Positions 39,568 through 51,885 of a DNA stretch of 64,000 bases are shown here, piece by piece. A program made the position numbers and the translations under genes. The DNA lies in assembly GCF_006345805.1 (NCBI RefSeq), contig NC_043010.1:6448001-6512000 (forward strand), written 5' to 3'. Numbering within the stretch: position 1 is the first letter of the stretch; each line of letters opens with the position of its first letter. The notes beneath the pieces are model-generated. The model was not told the DNA's origin. It made no database searches and saw only the letters and a list, made by a program, of their open reading frames with translations. The DNA comes from Octopus sinensis. Its lineage: Eukaryota.

Positions 39568-40118
39568 ATGAGAGAGAGGGGGGAGGAAAAGGGAGAGAGG
39601 GAAAGTGGGAGAAGGAAGAGAGTAAGGATGGGAAGGGAATGAGAGATAGAGTCAGGGAAAGAGTGAGGGAGAGAATGAAAGAGAGAAAGAGAAAGAAGGG
39701 ATAGAATGAGGTGGAAAAAGAAAGAAGAGAGAGGGAGAGAGAGAGGGGGAAGAGAAGAGAAAGGAGAGAGTGTTTGGGAGAAAGGTATAAGAGAAAGTTA
39801 AAGAGAGTGAGAGAATGGGTGAAAGAGAGAGAGAAAGAAAAGAGAAAGAATGAAAGAGAGAGAGAAAGAAAGAAAGAGAGAAAGAAAAGAGAAAGAATGA
39901 AAGAGAGAGAAAGAAAGAGTGAGAGAAAGAAAAGAGAGAGAAAGAAAGAGAAAGAGAGAAAGAGAGAGAGAAAGAAAAGAGAAAGAATGAAAGAGAGAGA
40001 GAGAAAGAAAGAGTTAGAGAAAGAAAGAGAAAGAGAGAAAGAGACTAGGAGAAAGATAGGAAGAGAGTGTGAATGAGAGAGACAGAGAGACAGAGTGACA
40101 GACAGACAGACTGAGAGC
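39568..40118. repeat. GA-rich polypurine tract
   Basis: Direct reading. Confidence 0.9.
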
Positions 40119-40524
40119 AATCTTACAGTTTCCTCGAGAACAGAAACAACATGTGAATGAATAATGAGAAATGCAAGAATATAAATAAAAAGAGAAAAGA
40201 ATAAAGCTTAGCAAAATATTGCTAAGAAATTCCTATGAAAAGTTAAAACCAAAGAAAAGACCAAACAAAGACAAAAATTAAAAAGAAGCCAAAAGAAAAA
40301 TGGAAAGAAATAGAAATAATGAAAAAACAAAAAAAAGAAACAAAAATCACAAAATGTCAGATATAATCGTACAAAGCAAACTTTACGACATGGGAGCAAA
40401 TGTTTGGGAATCTTACTAGTAGTAAGTCAATAGTGTAAGTGAAGATCTATGCTTCTTTTTTTTTTTTTTACAATATTTGTGAAGATTAAGTGTCACCAGA
40501 GAAAAAAAACACCAGCTACTACTA

Positions 40525-40555
<31 letters not shown>

Positions 40556-40772
40556 AACAACAACAGCAACAACAAAAACAACAAGGATAACACAAAGAAA
40601 GACCGGCGAAACAAAGCAAACGGAAGCAATAGATTTTGATGCAGGAATGAATGTCAAAGTTTTTACTGCCACAATTTCCTGGCAAGCTCTTTAAATTTCA
40701 CGTCCCCGTTGGTTGCACTCATGCAACCAACTTTGATCTTGGAACCAGAAGCACAAACAATACTCTGAAGTC

Positions 40773-40782
40773 TATATATGTA

Positions 40783-40827
<45 letters not shown>

Positions 40828-40887
40828 GTATATATATATATATATATCTATATATATACATATATACATATATCTGTATGTATATAT

Positions 40888-40931
<44 letters not shown>

Positions 40932-40949
40932 ATATATATATATATATAT

Positions 40950-40981
<32 letters not shown>

Positions 40982-40982
40982 C

Positions 40983-41031
<49 letters not shown>

Positions 41032-41042
41032 CATATGTATAA

Positions 41043-41075
<33 letters not shown>

Positions 41076-41152
41076 TTATATATATATATACATATATAGT
41101 ATATATATATATATGTGTGTATATATATATATATATATACATATGTATATAT

Positions 41153-41220
<68 letters not shown>

Positions 41221-41345
41221 GTATATATATATATACTATATATATATATATATCTATATATATATATATATATATACATATGTATATATATTATATATAT
41301 GTGTGTGTGTATATATGTATAGATATGTGTCTGTATGTATGTATT
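40773..41345. repeat. (TA)n microsatellite
   Basis: Direct reading. Confidence 0.97.
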
Positions 41346-41741
41346 ATACAAAAAAAAAAGGTGGGGAAGAAAAAAGAAACAGAAATCAAATCAAGCAAGC
41401 TAAAATTAAACCCCAAACATTTCCTTTTGAGAGTTTTCTTCTGCAACTGATTGGACAAGGTAAACAGAAAGAAAGCCACTGAAAATATTGATAGTAGCCA
41501 TGAAAGTGTATGAAAGTTGATCTCTGAATGACAAGAAATGCCAATGTAGGAGTTGAGAATGGCACTAACGCAATTTCCCAAATTTATCTCTGCTAGAGTT
41601 GTTAACTCTTTACAGAAAAAAATACCAGTCCTTTTCTAAATAATATAATTTCCTTTCTGGTGGAACTAAAATGAATTTCTTCTTTTTCCCCCCTCCCTTC
41701 TTTTTGAATTATAATGGAATTGTTTTTAATTTATACATAAT

Positions 41742-42151
41742 AGGCGCAGGAGTGGCTGTGTGGTAAGTAGCTTGCTAACCAACCACATGGTTCCGGGTTC
41801 AGTCCCACTGCGTGGCACCTTGGGCAAGTGTCTTCTACTATAGCCTCGGGCCGACCAATGCCTTGTGAGTGGATTTGGTAGACGGAAACTGAAAGAAGCC
41901 CGTCGTATATATGTATATATATATATATATATGTGCGTGTGTGTTTGTGTGTCTGTGTTTGTCCCCCTAGTATTGCTTGACAACCGATGCTGGTGTGTTT
42001 ATGTCCCCGTCACTTAGCAGTTCGGCAAAAGAGACCGATAGAATAAGTACTGGGCTTACAAAGAATAAGTCCCGGGGTCGATTTGCTCGACTAAAGGCGG
42101 TGCTCCAGCATGGCTGCAGTCAAATGACTGAAACAAGTAAAAGAGAAAGAG
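41742..42151 (+). mobile_element. SINE family A, full length
   Basis: Colinear with other copies. Confidence 0.95.
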
Positions 42152-42495
42152 TAACCAAATAGAAGAATTAGTCTCTGAATGCCAAGAAATTCACTTGGTA
42201 CACATTACTTTTGATTGTATTTGATCACACTGCACTGCATCCTGGGGAAATGTCTTCTTCTACAAGCCATGGGTTGTACTGGGATTTGGTTGACAGAAAT
42301 GGTGCAGAAGCCCATAATATACATACGTATATACAACATATATCTATATATGTGTGTGTGTGTGTATTTTTTTATACTTCATTATCTACAAATGTCTTCA
42401 AAAGTTTAATGCTAAACTGGCTTTTCTTAGAATATATTTCTTCTTGATGTTCATTCCGTATGCATTTGTCTATTGAAGATATTTTCTTAACTATA

Positions 42496-43154
42496 GGCAT
42501 AGGAGTAGCTGTGGAGTAAGTAGCTTGCTTACCAACCACATGGTTCTGAGTTCAGTCCCACTGCATGGCACCTTGGGCAAGTGTCTTCTACTATAGCCTC
42601 GGGCCGACCAAAGCCTTGTGAGTGGATTTGGTAGATGGAAACTGAAAGAAGCCCGTCGTATATATGTATATATATATATATATGTGCGTGTGTGTTTGTG
42701 TGTCTGTGTTTGTCCCCCTAGTATTGTTGACAACCGATGCTGGTGTGTTTATGTCCCCGTCACTTAGCGGTTCGGCAAGGGAGACCGACAGAATAAGTAG
42801 TGGGCTTACAAAGAATAAGTCCCGGGTCGAGTTGCTCGATTAAAGGTGGTGCTCCAGCATGGCCGCAGTCAAATGACTGAAACAAGTAAAAGAGAATATA
42901 TATATATATATATGTGTATATATGTATATATGTATATATGCATATGTATGTGTGTGTGTTTGTACCCCCAACATCGCTTGACAACCGATGCTGGTATGTT
43001 TACGTCCCCGTAACTTAGCAGTTCAGCAAAAGACACCGATAGAATAAGTACTAGGCTTACAAAGAATAAGTCCTGGGGTCAATTTGCTCGACTAAAGGTG
43101 GTGCTCCAGCATGGCCACGGTCAAATGACTGAAACAAGTAAAAGAGTAAAGAGT
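42496..43154 (+). mobile_element. SINE family A full copy (42496-42895) followed by a second 3' half (42945-43154)
   Basis: Second half carries different diagnostic bases (aacatcgcttgac, ccgtaac, actagg). Confidence 0.9.
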
Positions 43155-43684
43155 TACTTCAATTTAACCAATTCTGGATTGCCTTGATAACATTGTGTTA
43201 GTATATATTTTTGTACATATTAATTTGACTGGTGTTTTATACCTTTTTTTAGGTATCTAAATATGCTGGTACAATAGAAATGACCTTCAGTAATGTATGA
43301 TATAATCACCAATTAAAGATGTGACTTTCCCCACCCTTATTCTTGTTGTCTTATACACTTAACATATGGCATAATTCTAAACAGGGCAAATTTTAGCCAT
43401 TTCTCTGCAGACTGAAAAAAATGACAAACAACCTTAATCAATTTTCACACCTTATTTGGATTCTCATCAGAGGCATCAAAATCATTTTGACAATCTCCAG
43501 AGATCTAGCCAGCCAAATTGCTTATATACTCAACAAATGCAGCAGTTACTCTATGAAGAACTGCCTGATTTGCGTACCAAATGCATTTAACACTATAAAT
43601 ACCAGCAGTCTGTCAACAGGGATCTTAGTCCCCACAGTATCACGGTATGATATAATATATATGTAATATGTATATACATGTGTA

Positions 43685-43716
<32 letters not shown>

Positions 43717-43758
43717 GTGTAATATGTATATATATGTATACATATTGCTCTCTCTCTT

Positions 43759-43812
<54 letters not shown>

Positions 43813-44100
43813 GATAGACGGAGAGAGAGATGCAGATATACACCCACCCACACGCATATAGATTTGTTTGTATTTATTGTATGTACAGATATACAAGAAA
43901 CCTTTTAACTTAAAAAAAAAATCTCCCTCCAAACTCGGAAGGGTCGTTTTATACTTGCGGTATAAAATAAACATTAAATCTTATAGCTTACAGTAAGTTG
44001 TCATGAATGATGGGTGAAAAGGTCGGAGGAAGTAACAATTGTCTTGGTAACCACTAATATATCTTAGATGCCAAATCATTTTAAACACCAACACACACAC

Positions 44101-44171
<71 letters not shown>

Positions 44172-44173
<2 letters not shown>

Positions 44174-44382
44174 AAGTTAATCCAAACAAGAAAGCACAAA
44201 AAAACAACAACGCGAGGACGTGGAACAAATATAGTATTATTGGACGCTCAGGAAAGAAGGAAAGAAGGAGGGTTTTACGTTTCGAGCGGAGCTCTTCGTC
44301 GGAAACATAGGAGAAGGAAAGATCCAGAGAAGGGAAAACAGAGGAAAAAAAATCGGCAACGGTACACACAAAGTCACATTTT
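44172..44382 (-). mobile_element. Penelope-like terminal repeat fragment with a minimal hammerhead-like motif
   Basis: Minus strand gttt-ccgacga-a-gagc-tcc-gctc-gaaa-c-gta-aaac; embedded in (TA)n; related segment at 54585-54760. Confidence 0.6.
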
Positions 44383-44425
44383 GAATATATATATATATAT
44401 ATACATGTATACACACACACACATA

Positions 44426-45045
44426 TAATCGAAATTGAACCAAATTCGACGACTGGCACCCATGCCAACCTTCCTTCATTGAACACTAAACTCTGCTTGC
44501 GAAGACCTGTTGGAGCAAGTGAAATCAAAATTGAACCAAATTCGACGACTGGCACACATGCCAACCTTCCTTCATTGAACACTAAACTCTGCTTGCGAAG
44601 ACCTGTTGGAGCAAGTGAAATCAAAATTGAACCAAATTCGACGACTGGCACCCATGCCAACCTTCCTTCATTGAACACTAAACTCTGCTTGCGAAGACCT
44701 GTTGGAGCAAGTGAAATCAAAATTGAACCAAATTCGACGACTGGCACCCATGCCAACCTTCCTTCATTGAACACTAAACTCTGCTTGCGAAGACCTGTTG
44801 GAGCAAGTGAAATCAAAATTGAACCAAATTCGATGACTGGTACCTGTGCCAGTGGAGCACTAACAGCTCCATCTGAGTGGGATCACTGCCAGAGCAGCTG
44901 TCTGGCTTCTGTGCCAGTGGCATGTAAAAAGCACCATTCAAGCATTTGACACTTGTGCCGGTGGGTGGCACGTGAAAAAAAGATTCAAGCGAGGAGATCG
45001 TTGCCAGTGCCACTGAACTGACTCCTGTGCAGGTGGCGCGGAAAA
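44426..45045 (+). mobile_element. Family D-related segment containing a 96-bp x ~4.4 tandem array (44426-44846)
   Basis: aaattgaaccaaattcg at 44432, 44528, 44624, 44720, 44816; aaactctgcttgcgaagacc shared with 20988-21130; gtgccggtgg repeats downstream. Confidence 0.85.
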
Positions 45046-45566
45046 GGACAATTACAATTGATACACTGGTGTCAGTATACCAATTGCATTACTCATCCCT
45101 ACACTAATTTTAGGTAGGTTTGGCTGAATTGTTGGAGCATTTATAAATTTACCTTGTGGTTCTAATCCCATAACTTTCCATTCTTAGTTTTTAATCCTGA
45201 CTAGATCAACTTTCCCTTTCATCATTCTGCCTTTGATAAAATAAAGAATCAGTCAAGCATGGAGACTGGGTGGCTGGGTGGGGGTCAGTATAACTGACTA
45301 TTTCACTTCTACTCCCACCACCACCACCACCAACATTATCCCTATCATCATCATTGACAGACAAACACGATGCTTTCCAGTATTTGTTCCAGCTGTATTT
45401 GTTCCAAGTTCAAATACTGTCAAGGTGAACTTTGCCTTTTATCCTTTCTGGGTTAGTTGCTAAAATAAATAAAAAAAAACAGGGTTATTCAATAGACTTA
45501 CTCCTCCTCAACAAAAATTCAGGCCTTGAACATATATTTGAAACAATTATTATTATTATTATTATA

Positions 45567-45633
<67 letters not shown>

Positions 45634-45639
45634 TAATTT

Positions 45640-46095
45640 TTTTTCTTTCTTCTTTCAAATTTGCTTCCATTTCTTGCCGAGTGTCTTCTCGACTCCTAGG
45701 GCAAAGAAACTCATAGTATACATTGGTAGGCCATTAAACTAAACTCACTAGTTCGTTCATTTTTTTTTTTTTCAGTTAAATTAAAATACATGGGTAGTAA
45801 TAGTTCTCACATCGACAATGCTCTTCTCAATACGTGTGATGTACCAGTTAAGACAATCTTTTGCACTTCTTGCAGGGATGGTAAGCCAGGGATCATTCTC
45901 ATATAATTTTTGGTTCCCTTCTTGATCATTCCTAGTGCTCCTATGATCACTGGTATTGTAACCGCCTTGACATGCCACATTTTCTCAATTTCAATGAGCA
46001 GGTCTTTATATTTTCTGAGCTTGTCAAATTCTTTCGCCGAGATATTATGATCACAGGGGATGCTCATGTTGATCAATAAGCAAACTTTATTGTTT
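45640..46095 (-). mobile_element. R4/Dong-type LINE 3' fragment between (TAA)n tracts
   Basis: LINMSIPCDHNISAKEFDKLRKYKDLLIEIEKMW...IPVIIGALG...EVQKIVLTGTSHVLRRALSM*; same family as 24275-26092. Confidence 0.9.
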
Positions 46096-46139
46096 TATTA
46101 TTATTATTATCATTATTATTATTATTATTATCATTATTA

Positions 46140-46173
<34 letters not shown>

Positions 46174-46177
<4 letters not shown>

Positions 46178-46977
46178 TAGTTTTATTTTTATAGCGTGCT
46201 TTCACTTCACTACAGAGCGCAGCTCTGTGTGCCTTGGGTATGTGCTGTGATTTGTTGTGATGCTCTGATGGTTATTGTATGGAAAGTGTTCTGCGTAGGA
46301 TGTGTGCAGTGCCTAGTAGTGCAATTTTCTGTATGTTATATGTGTTTGTAAGTCCTGGTGTTTTTGTTATGTATTTTCCTTCCATATTTTATATGTATGT
46401 GTTGTTGTATTTTCATTTTGTGGGTAGAGCATTGCTGTGAAGTATGCGTGTAAGATAGAAATGTATTCCTCACGTGTCCATTTACGTCTTTTGGGTTTTA
46501 ATTGCGGGACATGAGGTACAACGTCCGGCCCATTATTTTGACGGTCGTCATTTTCGTAGGGTACCGGTCCGTTTATTTCTGTTGTCACATTATTTCGCAC
46601 GTGTAGTTTTTCGTACATTTTTTGTTGTAGGTTTAATGTACGTACCACTTGATTGTTATTCTTGGGTTGAATAGTATCGGTGGCATTTAATTTCTTCGTA
46701 GTTCCTTTGTACATGGTGTTTGAGGTCGGGGATGATCGTGTTGTTCCACGCATGTTTACATGTGTTGTGTTAGAGGTGGAGATAATATCGAGTCAAAATA
46801 CATCATTTCGTTTCGAAAATAGTAATAAATTTCAATTCGTATTACTTACTCGGATATAGTCCAATTCTTTGTTAGTAAATCTTTGGCTCCATAGGGTGTC
46901 CTTGTTTTCGATGTTTGTGGATAGATTTCGGAGCTCTGTATTTTCCTTCTTACATCTTAAACGTCCCCGGTGTCTTC
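46174..46977 (-). mobile_element. Internally deleted R4/Dong-type element (5' end fused to 3' end)
   Basis: ORF 46753-46367 with RRKWTREEY..I..AYF (N-terminal Myb-like motif) joined to KYITKTPGLTNTYNIQKIALLGTAHILRRTLSIQ*; (TAA)n on both sides. Confidence 0.75.
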
Positions 46978-46987
46978 ATTATTGTTA

Positions 46988-47046
<59 letters not shown>

Positions 47047-47056
47047 GTTATTGTTA

Positions 47057-47091
<35 letters not shown>

Positions 47092-47222
47092 GTTATTGTT
47101 ATTGTTATTATTATTATTATTATTGTTGTTGTTGTTGTTGTTATTATTATTATTATTGTTATTATTATTATTATTATATTATTATTATTATTATTATTAT
47201 TATTATCATCATCATTATTATT
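46978..47222. repeat. (TTA/TTG)n microsatellite
   Basis: Direct reading. Confidence 0.95.
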
Positions 47223-47239
47223 AAAAATATGATGGACTG

Positions 47240-47522
47240 ACCAGTCGAAGACCTCATGAGTGTTCAGCTTTTGCCAAATGATCTGCACAAATGATTCGTT
47301 TATAGTGATCAAATGTTTGTGCCACACATTAGCTCACCTGTCCCTCCATCAAACTGACATTACCTGAACAGGTGCACAGTCTACCATCAGCTGTCAAAGT
47401 GATTGCAGAGCAACGTGAGTTGAAGTGTTTTGCTCAAGAACGCAATGCACTACCCAGTCTGGGAATTGAAACCATGATCTCATGATCATGAGTGCAACAC
47501 CCTAACCACTAGGCCATGGGCT
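47240..47522 (-). mobile_element. tRNA-derived SINE, same type as 5001-5300
   Basis: Minus strand: catggcctagtggttagggtg...ggtttcaattccc; shared gatcactataaac.aatcatttgtgca. Confidence 0.8.
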
Positions 47523-47536
47523 CTCAAAAAGTATGT

Positions 47537-47950
47537 TTTACTCTTTTACTCTTTTACTTGTTTCAGTCATTTGACTGCGGCCATGCTGGAGCACCGCCTT
47601 TAATTGAGCAACTCAACCCCGGGACTTATTCTTTTTGTAAGCCCAGTACTTATTCTATCGGTCTCTTTTGCCGAACCGCTAAGTGACGGTGACGTAAACA
47701 CACCAGCATCGGTTGTCAAGCAATGCTAGGGGGACAAACACAGACACACAAACATACACGCACACACACACATATATATATATACATATATACGACGGGC
47801 TTCTTTCAGTTTCCGCCTACCAAATCCACTCACAAGGCATTGGTCGGCCCGCGGCTATAGCAGAAGACACTTGCCCAAGGTGCCACGCAGTGGGATTGAA
47901 CCCGGAACCATGTGGTTGGTTAGCAAGCTACTTACCACACAGCCACTCCT
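47537..47950 (-). mobile_element. SINE family A, full length
   Basis: Colinear with other copies. Confidence 0.95.
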
Positions 47951-48440
47951 TATTGTTGTTGTGGTTGATGTTTTTGCTATGAGTAGCATTCTGGGAAGCC
48001 ATGCTAGCTTCACCTTTGCAAGATTTGTAAACAAATCCTGTTTTAAATTATGGAAAGTCTTGCAATCATTTTAAAATTTTGTACCATTGTCAAAAGGAAG
48101 TGATCAGCAGAAAGGTGGTGGTGAGTCCATTTTGTGTATCGTTTCCCTAGATTTTGAGGATACTTGTTGATTTGATTTTAGTTTAGATTCAAAATTTTGT
48201 GTTTTTAACTCCATGGAGAAAGCCTCAGATGGTTCAGTCATGCTTGTTAATGAGAGGGAATGGGGTGGGGGGGGAAGTGAAGAGAGTTACCAAAGAGCAA
48301 TGGAAGAAGGTGAGAGCGGAATGCACAGTGTCACTGTGAAAACAGATGAGAGCATAAGGTGCAACAACAACAGCAACAACAACATTGAAAAACAAACAGC
48401 AGAAAAATGTTCAAAATTGTTTTCAAAGAATACAATGAAG

Positions 48441-48800
48441 CTGCCACCACCGCCACCACCACCACCACCACACCGCCGCCACCGCCGCCGCTGCCGCTGA
48501 CACCACCACCACCACCACTGCAACCACCACCACTACCGCCACCACTACCGCCACCACTACCGCCACCACTACCACCACCACCACCACCACCACTACTACT
48601 ACTACTATCACCACTACCACTACCACCACCACCACCACCACTACCACCACTACTACTACTACTACCACCACTACCCCTCACCCCTAACCCTACCCCCTAA
48701 CCCTACCCCCACCACCACCACTACTACTACTACCACCACCACCACCGCCGCCGCTGCCGCCACCACCATCACCACCACTTACAACAAAAAACAACAATAT
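48441..48800. repeat. (CCA/CTA/CCG)n compound microsatellite
   Basis: Direct reading. Confidence 0.9.
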
Positions 48801-49289
48801 TAACATGAACAACAACAAGCAAAACATGGAAGAGATTAATGAACATACCACCATCACCATCACCATAACAACAACAATAACAATAACTCCATCACTACCA
48901 TTGCTACTGCCTAAAACAACAACAACAAAAATAACTACAACAGCAGCAACAATATTTCAAAATCTAATGAGGCAAGATCTTTTGTTAAAATCTGCAAATG
49001 GTGAGTAGAAGAACCTACACTTGACAGGGATTTTGGAAACATTATAAACACTGCCTAGTCAAACCATCCCTACTTTTGTAACTCCACCTGATGAGAAAGC
49101 TGGAGCATCAAGGAAAATGCTAATATACGAATGCCTTAATCACAAAACAAGAATAGAGAATCAAAACCATGCACAGGCAGAAGAAATGCCTAAAAGATAT
49201 CTGGGCCTTGGTATGGCTTATGAGAAAAGGAAAGTGTTTGGCACGAGCATTTGATCACTATAAACAAATCATTATTAATGAGTCCATCT

Positions 49290-49521
49290 CGAAATGCTTA
49301 GCAGTATTTCGTCTGCCGTTACGTTCTGAGGTCAAATTCTGCCGAGGTCGACTTTGCCTTTCATCCTTTCGAGGTCAATAAATAAAGTACCAGTTTCGCA
49401 CTGGGATCGATGTAATCAACTTAATCCCTTTGTCTGTCCTTGTTTGTCCCCTCTATGTTTAGCCCCTTGTGGGCAATAAAGAAACATATTATTATTATTA
49501 TCATCATTATCATCATCATCA

Positions 49522-49565
<44 letters not shown>

Positions 49566-49771
49566 AATAGCTGGCAGAATCGTTAGCACGCTGGACAAAA
49601 TGCTTAGCAGTATTTCACCTGTCGCTACATTCTGAGTTCAAATTCCGCCAAGGTCAACTTTGCCTTTCATCCTTTCGGGGTCATTAAATTAAGTACTAAT
49701 GAAACACTGGAGTCGATGTAATCAACTAGTCCCCCTCCCAACAAATTTGATGCCTTGTGCCTCCAGTAGAA

Positions 49772-49772
<1 letters not shown>
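49290..49772 (+). mobile_element. Two SINE family C copies (49290-49487, 49569-49772) separated by (TTA/TCA)n
   Basis: gactttgcctttcatcctttcg core in both. Confidence 0.88.
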
Positions 49773-49865
<93 letters not shown>

Positions 49866-50529
49866 TTATTATTATTATTATTATTATCATTATTATTATT
49901 ATAATTATTATTATTATTATTATTATTATTATCATTGTACAGTGTGTACATATCATGTCTTCTGTACATATCATGTGTACATATCATGCACTTGTAAGTG
50001 CATGCAAACTTACAAGAAATTTATCTTCTATATATTTCTAACGTCTGTTTCTATCAAGAGGCTACATAGAAGCTGCTGTTGCTGCTGCTACTATTGTTAT
50101 TGCTGTTATGAGAGGTATCAGAGTTTCTCTGATTGGTTCTAATAGCTTTTGTTGGTCGGCCGAGCTTTGTTTTTAATAGGTCAAAATACTTTTCTTTGTT
50201 TCTTTTTTTTTTTTTTAGCTCTTTTAAATTTATATCATTTCTAGACTTGTAAAATTCTAAAAACTGCAGACCAAAAAAATATTTTTTTCTTTCTATCATT
50301 TATTATGATTTTGATTTCTTTCTAATTATTATTGTTGCTGTTGTTGTTATAGTTGTTGTTGACATTGTCGTGGTTATTTTTATACATACTACTTTTTATA
50401 GTATTTCTCATACTAAAGTAATATTAATTCGAGATGGCTTTTATTCATTTATTTATCTATTTATCTATTTATTTATTTAATTTGTAATGAAAATTACCAT
50501 TTTAATTTGTTTGCCTTATTTATTCATTT

Positions 50530-50546
50530 ATTTATTTATTTATTAC

Positions 50547-50589
<43 letters not shown>

Positions 50590-50655
50590 GTTATTACTAT
50601 CATCATCATCATCATTATAATTATTATTATTATTTTTATTATTATTATTATTACT

Positions 50656-50732
<77 letters not shown>

Positions 50733-50748
50733 CATCATCATCATCATC

Positions 50749-50804
<56 letters not shown>

Positions 50805-50914
50805 CATCATCATCATCATTATCATCATCATTATCATCATCATTATCATCATCATTATCATTATCATTATTATTATTACTATCATCATCATCATTATCAT
50901 TATTATTATTATTA

Positions 50915-50999
<85 letters not shown>

Positions 51000-51046
51000 T
51001 ACCATCATCATCATCATCATCATGATTATTATTATTATTATTATTA

Positions 51047-51099
<53 letters not shown>

Positions 51100-51100
51100 C
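50530..51100. repeat. (TTA/TCA)n microsatellite
   Basis: Direct reading. Confidence 0.97.
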
Positions 51101-51318
51101 AATTTATTTTTTCTGTTAGCTTCCAGAGGCCACTAATATTATTCTAAGAAGGTTGATGGCAATAAGTGTTCCATTTGTTGTTGTTGTTGTTGTTGTTGTT
51201 GTTCTTGTTTTCTGCTTTAGTTTTAGATGACAATGATGTTCCTATTAATTCTGCAGCCAGTGTTATTTTATTTCATTTCAAATCAGTTTCGAATTTGATT
51301 ATGAGGGCAAAAACACTG

Positions 51319-51647
51319 GATAACGATGATGACAACGATGACAACAACAACGGCAACGAAGATGACAATGACGATGACAAAGACAACGACCACAACAATG
51401 ATGATGATGGCAACAATGGTGGTAATGATGATTATGATGATGATGATGATGATGATGATGACGACAACGACTATGATGTCAATGGTGGTGGCAGTGGTGG
51501 TGAGGATGGTAGTGGTTATCCTCATGATGCTGCCGCTACTGCAGATTCTACTTCTGCTACTGTTGATGATGATGATGATGATGTTGACGACGACGACAAT
51601 GACGACGACGATGATGATGATGATGATGATGATGATGATAGTGATAG

Positions 51648-51688
<41 letters not shown>

Positions 51689-51733
51689 GTGATAGTGATG
51701 ATGATGATGACGATGATGATGATGACGATGATG

Positions 51734-51766
<33 letters not shown>

Positions 51767-51885
51767 ATGATGATGATGGTGATGATGATGATGATGATGA
51801 TGATAGTGATGATGATGATGATAATGATGATGATGATGATGATGAAAGTTATGCTGATGACGATAGCAATGAAGATGATGAGGAT
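51319..51885. repeat. (GAT/GAC)n microsatellite
   Basis: Direct reading. Confidence 0.95.

Noticed and set aside
40666-43411. Short minus-strand terminal-exon candidates (SIVCASG..KLWQ* near 40764; SAEKWL..QQE* from 43411)
   Set aside because: Acceptor-like signals only; no homology recognised and no consistent gene model.
48680-48710. Telomere-like CCCTAA motifs
   Set aside because: Only two interrupted units within a C-rich microsatellite.
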